DNA of 64,000 bases from Burkholderiales bacterium (lineage in GTDB: Bacteria; Pseudomonadota; Gammaproteobacteria; Burkholderiales; SG8-39), in contig DASTPE010000114.1 of the NCBI GenBank assembly GCA_035762345.1, positions 3,501 through 67,500 of the forward strand, written 5' to 3'. Shown here piece after piece: positions 49,796-58,455 of this stretch. Both the position numbers and the translations under genes were made by a program. Under the pieces are notes generated by a model that saw only the letters and a program-made list of their open reading frames with translations, was not told where the DNA came from and ran no database searches. How positions within the stretch are numbered: the first letter of the stretch is position 1; each line of letters starts with the position of its first letter.

Positions 49796-50926
49796 ATGAG
49801 CTTCGACTTCGACAGTCCGGTCGAGCGCGCGGGCAGCTGGAGCACGCGCTGGGAGCGCTACTTCGGGCGCGACGTCATCCCGTTGTGGGTGGCCGACACC
49901 GACTTCCGCGCCGCGCCCGCGATCCGAGAAGCGCTCTTGGCACGCATTGCGCACGGCGTATTCGGCTACAGCACGCCGCCGCACGAGCTGCGCGTCGCGA
50001 TCGCCGAGCGCATGCAGCGCCTTTACCGCTGGCCTGTCGACCCAGGCTGGATCGTGTTCCTGCCCGGCGTGGTGCCGGGGCTGCATCTCGCGGCGCGCCA
50101 GCTTATCCCGGCGGGCGGCCACGCGCTCATCCCGCGGCCGGTCTATCACCACTTCAAGCGGGCCATGGAGCTTGCGCCCCGCGACTTCAGCGAGGTTCCC
50201 TTGGTGCTCGAGCGCGGACGATGGATTTTCGATCTTGATTGTATGAAAGCTTCCATTAAGGGGAAGACAACAGCCTTTTTCTTGTGCAATCCGCAAAACC
50301 CCGGGGGTACGGTCTTCAGGCGCGAGGAGCTGCAGGAACTCGCGGCGCTGTCTGGCGAGCTCCTCATCGTGTCCGACGAGATCCACTGCGATCTGATCCT
50401 CGAACAGGGTCTGCGCCATGTGCCGATCGCGAGCCTGGGACCGGATGTATCGAGGCGTACCGTGACACTGATGTCGGCGAACAAGAGCTTCAACATCCCG
50501 GCGTCGGGGTGCGGCTGGGCGATCATCGAGGATGCGGAGCTGAGGAAGGCCTTCTCGGCCGAGGTGGCCGCGCACGTGATCGGCTCGCCGTCGGTGTTCG
50601 GGCTCGCGGCGACGCTCGCGGCGCTCCGGCATGGAGACGAATGGCTTGCGGCGCAGCTCGATTACTTGCGCGGCAATCGGGATCTCGTCGAAAGCACGAT
50701 CGGCCTGCCGATGGCGCACGTCGAGGCGACGTATCTCGCCTGGATCGATTGCTCAAGCATTCCGGACGCGGCGGACGTTTTCCTGCGCAACGGCGTCGCG
50801 GTTTATCCCGGCGCTCAGTTCGGCGACCCGCGCTTCATACGCCTCAATTTCGGCACCCAGAAAAAAACCCTGAAAGAGGCGCTGAGGCGAATCAAGAGCG
50901 CATCCAGGCCGAGCCCCAGAGGTTGA
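49796..50926 (+). CDS. MalY/PatB-family PLP-dependent C-S lyase (cystathionine beta-lyase-like)
   Basis: RWERYFGRDVIPLWVADTDF, SANKSFNIPA (PLP lysine region), 376 aa. Confidence 0.82.
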   Translation: MSFDFDSPVERAGSWSTRWERYFGRDVIPLWVADTDFRAAPAIREALLARIAHGVFGYSTPPHELRVAIAERMQRLYRWPVDPGWIVFLPGVVPGLHLAARQLIPAGGHALIPRPVYHHFKRAMELAPRDFSEVPLVLERGRWIFDLDCMKASIKGKTTAFFLCNPQNPGGTVFRREELQELAALSGELLIVSDEIHCDLILEQGLRHVPIASLGPDVSRRTVTLMSANKSFNIPASGCGWAIIEDAELRKAFSAEVAAHVIGSPSVFGLAATLAALRHGDEWLAAQLDYLRGNRDLVESTIGLPMAHVEATYLAWIDCSSIPDAADVFLRNGVAVYPGAQFGDPRFIRLNFGTQKKTLKEALRRIKSASRPSPRG

Positions 50927-51713
50927 GGGTGCGTTGCTCGTGCGGCCAGGTGCGATGCGGCATGTCCTTCGGCATCAGCTCTAGCTCGGCAGAGAACTCG
51001 ACCTTGTGCCCGTCGGGATCCTCGATCATGAAGAAGAGATTGTTGCCGGGGCCGTGGCGACCGGGTCCCCACCAGAGCGGGATGCGCAGCCTCCCCATGC
51101 GATCGGCCCAGTCCCGGATGTCGAGCCAGCCGGTGGTCTCGTAGCAGTGGTGATCCGGCCGCGATTCCGGCGCGCGGAAAGCGGCGAAGCTGTGGTGCTC
51201 AGGATCGGAGCGCAGGAATACCGCGCTCAGCTCCGTGCCTTCCAGCACGCGGTCGGATTCGACCATGCCCAACCCGCGATAAAAATCCAGCATCTCGGGA
51301 AGGCGAGCCGTCGCGCACACGAAATGCTGCAGGCGCCCGGACAGGCCGTTCGGCGCCTCCGCTTGCTTTGCGATGCCGAAAGCGACGCGGCGACCGTCGG
51401 GATCGGTTAGCGCGAACGCGCCTTCTTCGAACAGCGCCGACGAAAAAGGCTCGGGCTTGCAGCCGCGCCGGTATGCCTCGAGGTGCGCCGCGTCCTGCAG
51501 CTCGAACGCGAAGTAGGGCACCGATGCCACGGCGCCCTGGCCGACGACGAGGTGCCGGCCGCGGCCGGCGACCAGCCAGCTACCGCCGGGCAACGGCGCG
51601 ACCGGGTCGCCGAGCAGCTCGCCGTAGAACCGCGCCAGCGGCTCGGGCTTCGGACTGTCGCGCCGCAGGTGGTGTAACCGCGCAGGCCAGAGTTCCGCTG
51701 GCATTGCCTCCAT
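50892..51713 (-). CDS. two-domain VOC-family protein, extradiol ring-cleavage dioxygenase-like
   Basis: Two glyoxalase/VOC repeats; GRHGPGNNLFFMIEDPDGHKVEF resembles the type I extradiol dioxygenase C-domain. Confidence 0.7.
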   Translation of the reverse strand: MEAMPAELWPARLHHLRRDSPKPEPLARFYGELLGDPVAPLPGGSWLVAGRGRHLVVGQGAVASVPYFAFELQDAAHLEAYRRGCKPEPFSSALFEEGAFALTDPDGRRVAFGIAKQAEAPNGLSGRLQHFVCATARLPEMLDFYRGLGMVESDRVLEGTELSAVFLRSDPEHHSFAAFRAPESRPDHHCYETTGWLDIRDWADRMGRLRIPLWWGPGRHGPGNNLFFMIEDPDGHKVEFSAELELMPKDMPHRTWPHEQRTLNLWGSAWMRS

Positions 51714-52272
51714 TCTGGCGTAAAGCGAGCGCGGCGTGGAGGATGCGCTCGAGATGCGGATCGTGCACGCCGACGTCGTGCATGTGGTCGAGCGTATTGC
51801 GGATGTAGTCGATGCACGGTCCGCGGACTCCGATGCCCTGCGCTACCAGGCGCGCCCGGCCGTGCAGGTCGAGCTCACGGACGTACGCCGGATGCGTGGC
51901 GTCCGCGACGAAAGCGAGCGCGCGAACCTCGCGCCCCGACGCGAGCCGCACCGGGATGAGCCGCGGCTCGTAGACGCGCCGCGGCATCTCGCGGTACCAG
52001 AGGCGGGCGAGCGCGCGCCGCAATCCTCGGGCGTCGATGCGGTAGGCAATTCCCCAGCAGGAACCACCGCGGCACAGCCCCACGACGAGGCCAGGCTTGC
52101 GCGCGGTTCCGCGATAGCGCGTGGACAGGATGCACAGCGCGCGGTGGTAGCCGTGCGCGCGGCCGGGGGCCTTGTGCTTGTAGTCGAAGCACGGCGACCA
52201 CATGAGCGAGCCGTAGCCGAACACCCAGAGGTCGCCCTTGGGCAGAAGCGCCTTGAACTCGCCTAGCTTCAT
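51580..52272 (-). CDS. chaC: ChaC-family gamma-glutamylcyclotransferase (C-terminal 40-45 codons overlap the next gene and look non-native)
   Basis: LWVFGYGSLMWSP, GLVVGL..GGSCWGIAYRI. Confidence 0.8.
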   Translation of the reverse strand: MKLGEFKALLPKGDLWVFGYGSLMWSPCFDYKHKAPGRAHGYHRALCILSTRYRGTARKPGLVVGLCRGGSCWGIAYRIDARGLRRALARLWYREMPRRVYEPRLIPVRLASGREVRALAFVADATHPAYVRELDLHGRARLVAQGIGVRGPCIDYIRNTLDHMHDVGVHDPHLERILHAALALRQNGGNASGTLACAVTPPAARQSEARAAGAVLRRAARRPGRAVARR

Positions 52273-52297
52273 CGCGGGAGATTATAGAATCGGCGCG

Positions 52298-53368
52298 ATG
52301 TCCTCACGCCGGCCGCCGATCGCGGGCCGCTATACCGCCGAGGAGGTGGCGTTGGCAGCGCGCAATCGCGGCATGCCGCTCGAAGCGCTGCGCCACGAAG
52401 TCACCCCGCCAGGGCTGCACTACCTGCTTGTCCACTTTGATATTCCCGACACCCAGGAAAGCGACTGGAAGCTCGACATCCAGGGTCTTGTCGGCAAGCG
52501 TTGCTCGTTTTCGCTTGCCGAGCTGAACGCGCTGCCTTCGACGACGCTGCGCGTGACGATGGAGTGCGCCGGCAACGGGCGCGGGCAGATGTCGCCGCGC
52601 TATCCCTCGGTGCCGTGGCTAGAGGAGGGCGTATCGACCGCCGACTGGACCGGCGTGCCCCTCGCGCTTTTGCTCGAAAAGGCAGGCTTGGTTTCGGAAG
52701 CCAGCGAGATTGTTTTCCACGGCGCGGATAGCGGCATTGACGCGGGCGTCGAGCATCATTTCGCGCGCAGCCTGTCGCGCGCGCAAGCCCTGGGCGGCGA
52801 GGTTCTCGTGGCCCACACGATGAATGAGGCGCCGCTGCCGCCGCAGCACGGCGCACCACTGCGGCTTGTGGTCCCCCGCTGGTACGGCATGGCGAGCGTG
52901 AAATGGCTGCGCTCGATCGAAGCGATCGCCGGTTCGTTCGATGGACTGCAGCAGGCGCGCAGCTATCATTTCCGTCGCACGCCCGACGAGAAGGGGGAGC
53001 CGTGCACGCTGATGCGTGTGAACTCGCTGATGGCGCCGCCGGGCATCCCCGACTTCTACACGCGCCGGCGCATCGTGGAAGCGGGGCCGGTCGCGATCAT
53101 TGGCCGGGCGTGGTCGGGCGCTGCCCCTATCGAGCGGGTCGAGTTCGGCATCGACGGAGCCTGGAGCAGGGCAGATGTCGCACCCGGGCGACGAGCGTAC
53201 TGCTGGCAGGAGTGGAACTTTCTCTGGCACGCATCGCCAGGGGCACACGAGCTCGCATGCCGCGCGACCGATGCCGCGGGCAACACCCAGCCGCTCGAGC
53301 CGCCCTGGGACCTCGCAGGCTTCGGCAACAACGGCGTGCAGCGAGTCCCTATCACCGTAAGGGATTAG
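52298..53368 (+). CDS. sulfite-oxidase-family molybdopterin oxidoreductase (Oxidored_molyb + Mo-co dimerisation domains), no signal peptide
   Basis: TMECAGNGR (Mo-ligand Cys), GAPLRLVVPRWYGMASVKWL, Ig-like C-terminal domain; ATG 52298 chosen to avoid overlap with chaC. Confidence 0.85.
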   Translation: MSSRRPPIAGRYTAEEVALAARNRGMPLEALRHEVTPPGLHYLLVHFDIPDTQESDWKLDIQGLVGKRCSFSLAELNALPSTTLRVTMECAGNGRGQMSPRYPSVPWLEEGVSTADWTGVPLALLLEKAGLVSEASEIVFHGADSGIDAGVEHHFARSLSRAQALGGEVLVAHTMNEAPLPPQHGAPLRLVVPRWYGMASVKWLRSIEAIAGSFDGLQQARSYHFRRTPDEKGEPCTLMRVNSLMAPPGIPDFYTRRRIVEAGPVAIIGRAWSGAAPIERVEFGIDGAWSRADVAPGRRAYCWQEWNFLWHASPGAHELACRATDAAGNTQPLEPPWDLAGFGNNGVQRVPITVRD

Positions 53369-53396
53369 CGTTCGCGGCAAGCTTCAGCTGGAACAA

Positions 53397-53424
53397 GAGC
53401 CCGGTTACAGCCGGGCTTTTCTTT
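53397..53424 (+). terminator. rho-independent terminator
   Basis: AGCCCGG-TTACAG-CCGGGCT followed by TTTTCTTT. Confidence 0.7.
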
Positions 53425-53650
53425 GGGGTAGAGTAAGCCGGTGTTCGTCTTGGACCGGTTGACGTCCCGCAGTTCGCGCTCGCTCGCCGTGATGATCGGG
53501 TTTGCGCGCAGCGTGAAAGGCGGCGGGCGGGAGGGCTTGCGTGGCAGCCCCGAGCATGCTTTGAGTGACTTCTTTCTTCACGCCTCCCTCCGCATTTCCG
53601 CAGCAAACCCCGCTTTCCAGTTTGGCTAGATTCTCATCAGAGGAGTCAGT

Positions 53651-54733
53651 ATGGAACGCCGCGTATTTCTAAAGTCCTCCGCCGCAATGGCCGCCGTGTC
53701 CGCCCTCCCCTGGCGTGAAGTGCTTGCGGCGGCCGACTGGCGCACTTTTGAAGTGACGACCCGGGTGGAGATTCTCAAGCCGCAAGGGATTGCCCGAGTC
53801 TGGCTGCCATTGCCGATGATGCGCGACACGGTGTGGCAGCGTGACCGCGGCAGCGAGTGGACGGGCAACGCGGCGCGCGCGCAAGTCGTGAACGACGGCA
53901 AGTACGGCGCCAGCATGCTGTACGCGGAATGGGCTGCGGACGCGCAGACGCCGGTGCTCGAGCTTACGAGTCGTTTCGCCACGCGCGACCACGCAGTCGA
54001 TCTGTCGCGCGCACGACCCGATGCCGAGCGGCTGACCGCGGCGGAGCGCGATTTCTTCACGGCGCCAACCGAGCTCATACCGACCGACGGCATCGTGCGC
54101 GAGACCGCGACCGGAATTGTCAGGAATGCGCGCAACGACCTGGACAAGGCGCGCGCGATCTACGAATGGGTGGTGGAGAACACCTTCCGCGACCCGAAGG
54201 TACGCGGCTGCGGCTGGGGCGACATCAAGTCTATGCTCGAGACGCGAAACTTCGGCGGCAAGTGTGGCGACCTGAATGCGATGTTCGTGGGCCTTGCGCG
54301 CTCGGTCAGCGTTCCGGCGCGCGACGTGTACGGTGTGCGGGTCGCGCGCTCGGCGCACGGCTACGCGAGCCTGGGGGTCAGCTCGCCGAACGTGACGCGC
54401 GCGCAGCATTGCCGCGCGGAGTTTTTCGCGCAGGGGTATGGCTGGATCCCGGTCGATCCCGCCGACGTGCGCAAGGTGGTGCTCGAGGAGCCACCCGGGC
54501 AGCTCGCGATCGGCGATCCCAAAGTCGTCGCAGCGCGCAAGCGCCTTTTCGGCAGCTGGGAAATGAACTGGCTCGCTTACAACATGGGACACGACATCGC
54601 GCTGCCCCATTCGAGCGGGCCGAAGCTGCCGTACCTCATGTACCCGAACGGCGAGAACGGCGGCGCGCGGCTCGATCAGCTCGACCCCGACGCGTTCAAG
54701 TACAGCCTCACCGCACGCCAGACCGGCGCTTGA
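53651..54733 (+). CDS. Tat-exported transglutaminase-like cysteine-protease-fold protein
   Basis: Twin-arginine signal MERRVFLKSSAAMAAVSAL; Cys-His-Asp core GGKCGDLN ... AQHCRAEFF ... WIPVDPAD; AGGAG SD. Confidence 0.85.
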   Translation: MERRVFLKSSAAMAAVSALPWREVLAAADWRTFEVTTRVEILKPQGIARVWLPLPMMRDTVWQRDRGSEWTGNAARAQVVNDGKYGASMLYAEWAADAQTPVLELTSRFATRDHAVDLSRARPDAERLTAAERDFFTAPTELIPTDGIVRETATGIVRNARNDLDKARAIYEWVVENTFRDPKVRGCGWGDIKSMLETRNFGGKCGDLNAMFVGLARSVSVPARDVYGVRVARSAHGYASLGVSSPNVTRAQHCRAEFFAQGYGWIPVDPADVRKVVLEEPPGQLAIGDPKVVAARKRLFGSWEMNWLAYNMGHDIALPHSSGPKLPYLMYPNGENGGARLDQLDPDAFKYSLTARQTGA

Positions 54734-55215
54734 GGTTCCTTGCTCTGCTGCTCGCGCTGTCACTTCCCGCGGCGGCGGAGGAACTCAAGCCATGGGCCGG
54801 CGGTGCTACGCCGCCGCTCGAGCTCACCGATCTCCAGGGCAAGAAGCACTCGCTTGCCGACTACCGCGGCAAAGTGGTGCTGGTAAATTTCTGGGCGACC
54901 TGGTGCGAGCCGTGTCGCCAAGAAATGCCGAGCATGGAGCGGTTGCGCGTCTCGCTCGCGGGCCGGCCGTTCTCCGTGCTCGCTGTCAATCTGGCCGAGC
55001 CGGAATCGCGCATCAGCAAGTTCCTCGACGCCGTGCCGGTCGGTTTCCCGATCTTGCTCGATCGCGACACCAAGACCACCCGGGCATGGCAAGCGAAGGT
55101 GCTGCCCGCAACGTATATCGTCGGCCCGAACGGCGCGATCCGCTACCGCCACGTCGGCGAGCTCGACTGGTCGAAGCCGGAAGTACGCAAGCAGATCGTG
55201 GCGCTCATGAAATGA
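54730..55215 (+). CDS. TlpA-family periplasmic thiol:disulfide oxidoreductase
   Basis: Signal peptide, VLVNFWATWCEPCRQEMP (CxxC); TTGA overlap with the upstream gene. Confidence 0.85.
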   Translation: MRFLALLLALSLPAAAEELKPWAGGATPPLELTDLQGKKHSLADYRGKVVLVNFWATWCEPCRQEMPSMERLRVSLAGRPFSVLAVNLAEPESRISKFLDAVPVGFPILLDRDTKTTRAWQAKVLPATYIVGPNGAIRYRHVGELDWSKPEVRKQIVALMK

Positions 55216-55955
55216 AGGGTGCGGCGGCAATAGTTCTTTGCCTTGCAGCTTCGGCGCTCAAGGCCGACGAAAATGAATGGCGGCCGCCGTTCATCACGAC
55301 GCCGCCCGAGGTGGTCGAGCGGATGCTGACGATGGCCGCGACGCGACCCGAGGACCTCGTGGTCGACCTCGGCTCGGGCGACGGGCGGATCGTGATCACT
55401 GCGGCACGCCATTTTGGCGCGCGCGGCATGGGCATAGAGCTCGACGCCGCGCTGGTGGAAAAATCCCGCAACGCTGCTCGTGCGGTCGGGGTCGAGGACA
55501 AGGTGAGCTTCGTGCACGGCGACGTCCTAGTTGCCGACATATCGCGCGCGACGGTCGTAACGGTGTACCTGCTCCCGGCGCTTATGGCAAAGCTGCAGTC
55601 GCGCTTCATCGACGAGCTCGCCCCCGGCACGCGCATCGTGTCGCACGCCTTCACGATGACCGGCTGGGCACCCGACGCCGCCGAGACCGTGAGACTTAAA
55701 TCGCGCCACCCCGGTCAGGGCGATGAAAGCCGGCTTCACCTGTGGATCGTGCCCGCGGATGCGCGTGGCGTGTGGCGTGGCTCCGGGATCGAAGTGCGTA
55801 TCGAGCAGAACTACCAGAAGATCGAGGTGCAGGGCGCCGCCCGCGCGAGCCTTTCCGGACGCAATATCGCGTGGGACGGCTTCAAAGGCCGCGTGGAGGG
55901 AAACCGCATCGTGGGCGAGCTCGCCGGCCGCCCCATCGAACTCATCCGCCGCTAG
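55212..55955 (+). CDS. class I SAM-dependent methyltransferase-fold protein with cleavable-type signal peptide and extra C-terminal beta domain
   Basis: MKGAAAIVLCLAASALKA-DE; VVDLGSGDGRIV (motif I), GIELD, HGDVL; ATGA overlap with the tlpA-like gene. Confidence 0.8.
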   Translation: MKGAAAIVLCLAASALKADENEWRPPFITTPPEVVERMLTMAATRPEDLVVDLGSGDGRIVITAARHFGARGMGIELDAALVEKSRNAARAVGVEDKVSFVHGDVLVADISRATVVTVYLLPALMAKLQSRFIDELAPGTRIVSHAFTMTGWAPDAAETVRLKSRHPGQGDESRLHLWIVPADARGVWRGSGIEVRIEQNYQKIEVQGAARASLSGRNIAWDGFKGRVEGNRIVGELAGRPIELIRR

Positions 55956-57307
55956 AGCACCTTGCCGGGGTTCATCAGCCCGTGGGGATCGAGGGCCGCC
56001 TTGAGCCTTCGCATCAGCTCGAGCTCGAGCGGCGACTTGTGCGCGCGAATCGCCTCGCGCTTGAGCTGGCCGAGGCCATGCTCGGCCGAGATCGATCCCC
56101 CCAAGCCTTCGACGGCGTCGTACACAATGCGGTTGATGGCATCGCGGCTCGCGAGCAGCTGCGCCGGCCCGACGTTGTAATGCAGGTTGCCGTCGCCGAC
56201 GTGTCCGAAGCAGTAGATCTCGGTCTGCACAAAGGACGCTCTCAATTTCTCCTCTGCAAGCGCAATGAAGTCCGGAATGCGTGAGATCGGCAGCGAGATG
56301 TCGTGCTTGACGTTGGTGAACTGCGCCTCGGGAATCGTCTCACGGATGCGCCACAGGCTGCGCGCCTGCTCGCCGCTCTGCGCAAGGACCGCCTCGCGCT
56401 CGGCAAGCGCCTGCTCGAGGCGCTCGTGCAGCTCCACGGTGGCGCCCGTGTCGGCGAACTGGGCGAGCACGTGCCAGGGATGCGGCGTCGGCAGCGGGTC
56501 GCGCAGGTCGGGAACGTGAGCGAGCACCGCCTTGAGACAGTCGCGCGACACAAGCTCGAAAGCCGAAATCCGCTCACCGAGACGCTCGCGCAGCTCGGCA
56601 AGCAGCTCCACCGCCTGGCGTGGAGTCCGCAGCGCGATCCACGCAGTCGCGGCCGCCCTCGGCCTGGGGTAGAGGCGCAGCACCGCGGCGGTGATCACCC
56701 CGAGCGTGCCCTCGGCGCCGAGGAAGATCTGCTTCAGATCATAGCCGGTGTTGTCCTTGCGCAGGCCGCGCAAGCCGTCCCAGATCCGGCCGTCGGACAA
56801 CACGACCTCCAGGCCGAGCACCAGCTCGCGCGCGTTGCCGTAGCGCAGGACGTTCACGCCGCCGGCATTGGTCGAAAGATTGCCCCCGATCTGGCAGCTG
56901 CCCTCGGCGGCGAGCGACAGGGGAAAGAGGCGCCCCGCATCGTCAGCGGCGCGTTGCACCGCGGCCAGCACGCAGCCCGCTTCGACTGTCACCGTATCGT
57001 TCAGCACGTCGAGCGCGCGAATGCGGTTCATGCGGCCAAGGGCGAGGACGAGCTCGCGGCGTGCGCCCGTCGGCACCGAGCCGCCGACCAGCCCGGTGTT
57101 GCCGCCCTGGGGCACGATGGCTACATTTTCGCGCGCGCACACCCCGACCACCTGCGATACCTCGTGCGTGGTCGCCGGCCGCACCACGCACTCCGCCGTT
57201 GCCGAGTACTGCCGGCGCCAGTCGGTGAAGTACGGTTTCGTGTCTTGCGGCGCGGTAAGTACATTGGCCGCCCCTACAATGTCAGCGAGACGCTCTTGCA
57301 GGGTCAT
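55952..57307 (-). CDS. FAD-binding oxidoreductase (GlcD / D-2-hydroxyacid dehydrogenase family)
   Basis: FAD_binding_4 motifs (VPQGGNTGLVGGSVP, GGNLSTNAGG), FAD-oxidase C-terminal domain (GSISAEHGLG). Confidence 0.9.
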   Translation of the reverse strand: MTLQERLADIVGAANVLTAPQDTKPYFTDWRRQYSATAECVVRPATTHEVSQVVGVCARENVAIVPQGGNTGLVGGSVPTGARRELVLALGRMNRIRALDVLNDTVTVEAGCVLAAVQRAADDAGRLFPLSLAAEGSCQIGGNLSTNAGGVNVLRYGNARELVLGLEVVLSDGRIWDGLRGLRKDNTGYDLKQIFLGAEGTLGVITAAVLRLYPRPRAAATAWIALRTPRQAVELLAELRERLGERISAFELVSRDCLKAVLAHVPDLRDPLPTPHPWHVLAQFADTGATVELHERLEQALAEREAVLAQSGEQARSLWRIRETIPEAQFTNVKHDISLPISRIPDFIALAEEKLRASFVQTEIYCFGHVGDGNLHYNVGPAQLLASRDAINRIVYDAVEGLGGSISAEHGLGQLKREAIRAHKSPLELELMRRLKAALDPHGLMNPGKVL

Positions 57308-57318
57308 CCTTGAACACT

Positions 57319-58455
57319 ATGCGGCTTCTTCTCCTTTGGCTAGCGGGCCTCTCGGGCGCCTTCGCGCAGCCGCCTGCCGTGATTGTGGGCGCTGTGATCT
57401 CCCGCACCGGCGCGCACGCCGAGCTGGCCGGCGAGTACGCCAAGGGTATCGAGGCGTGGCGCGACGAAGTCAACGCTTCGGGCGGGCTCCTCGGCAGGAA
57501 AGTCGAGCTGCGCCTGTTCGACGATGAGTCGCGGGCGGTTCAAGCCGGCCCGCTGTACGCGACGCTCATTCGCGAAGAGAAAGCCGACTTCCTCATCGGT
57601 CCGTACGGCTCCGCCGCCACCCTGGTCGCCGTTCCGGAAGCTGAGCGAGCGCGCCGCGTGATGGTGAACGGCGCGGGGCAGGCGCCTTCGATCCATGGCC
57701 GCGCGCCGCGGTATGTTTTTCAGAGCACGCCGGCGTACTCCTCGTACGGCGAGGGCATTTTGCGGGTTACGGCCGCAGCCGGATACCGCCGGCTCTTCAT
57801 CCTGGCGCGCGACGATGCGGGGTCGCTCGAAATGGCCGACGCAACGCATAGCGACGCGCAAAAGCAATTCCAGCCGGGCGGGGTCGAGGTCTACCGTCCG
57901 GGCACCGCGGATTTCGCGGCGCAGGTCGCCAAGGCGCGTGCCGCGCAGGCCGAGGCGTGGATCGCGTTCGGCGATTCGCGCGACGCGGCCGAGATGGTGA
58001 AGACCTTCAAGCGCCTGAATTACGCGCCGCAGCTCTTCTTCGCGCGCGGCGTGTCGCATCCGCGCTTCATCGAGCTTCTCGGGCAGGACGCCGAGTTTGC
58101 GCTCGGCAGCGTGGACTTCGATCCGCGTATCGGCGAGGCCGCGCGCGCTTTTGCCGGGGCGTTCGCCGCCAAGTGGGGCGTCGCGCCTGGCCTGCCGGCC
58201 GCCCAGGGTTACGCTGCCGGAGTCGTGCTGGCGGCCGCGGTGCGCGACGCGTCCAGCCTCGAGCAGGAGAAAGTGCGCTCTGCCCTTGCCGCGGCCGAGG
58301 TCTCCACGCCTCTGGGAACCTATAGAGTCTCGCCGCAGAATGGTGCTCAGGTGGGGGCCAAGCCGCGCGTCGTGCAAATCCGCAAGGGGCGGCTGGAAGC
58401 GGAGGACCCGCTCCTGCCCTATCCCCAGTGGAACGAGAGAGCCCTCATCAAATGA
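57319..58455 (+). CDS. LivK-type (Peripla_BP_6) ABC substrate-binding protein, orphan (no permease/ATPase adjacent)
   Basis: Signal peptide MRLLLLWLAGLSGAFA, VGAVISRTG, LIGPYGSA; ATG 57319 preferred over TTG 57310. Confidence 0.82.
   Translation: MRLLLLWLAGLSGAFAQPPAVIVGAVISRTGAHAELAGEYAKGIEAWRDEVNASGGLLGRKVELRLFDDESRAVQAGPLYATLIREEKADFLIGPYGSAATLVAVPEAERARRVMVNGAGQAPSIHGRAPRYVFQSTPAYSSYGEGILRVTAAAGYRRLFILARDDAGSLEMADATHSDAQKQFQPGGVEVYRPGTADFAAQVAKARAAQAEAWIAFGDSRDAAEMVKTFKRLNYAPQLFFARGVSHPRFIELLGQDAEFALGSVDFDPRIGEAARAFAGAFAAKWGVAPGLPAAQGYAAGVVLAAAVRDASSLEQEKVRSALAAAEVSTPLGTYRVSPQNGAQVGAKPRVVQIRKGRLEAEDPLLPYPQWNERALIK

Noticed and set aside
46527-50238. 563-aa and 553-aa minus-strand ORFs and a 732-aa alternative plus-frame ORF over the TRAP genes
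   Set aside because: Extremely Arg/His/Asp/Gly-rich products. They overlap clearly homologous SBP and permease genes. Frame shadows.
53429-53500. tRNA-like beginning GGGGTAGAG... and a GTTCG motif in the 282-nt spacer
   Set aside because: No complementary 3' acceptor strand (CTACCCC) and no cloverleaf arms could be drawn, so it is not a tRNA.
53441-53629. 62-aa plus-strand ORF (and the 84-aa minus ORF 53352-53606) in the spacer before the transglutaminase gene
   Set aside because: No SD, no motifs, and Arg/Ser/Gly-rich composition. Treated as non-coding leader, as noted in the findings.
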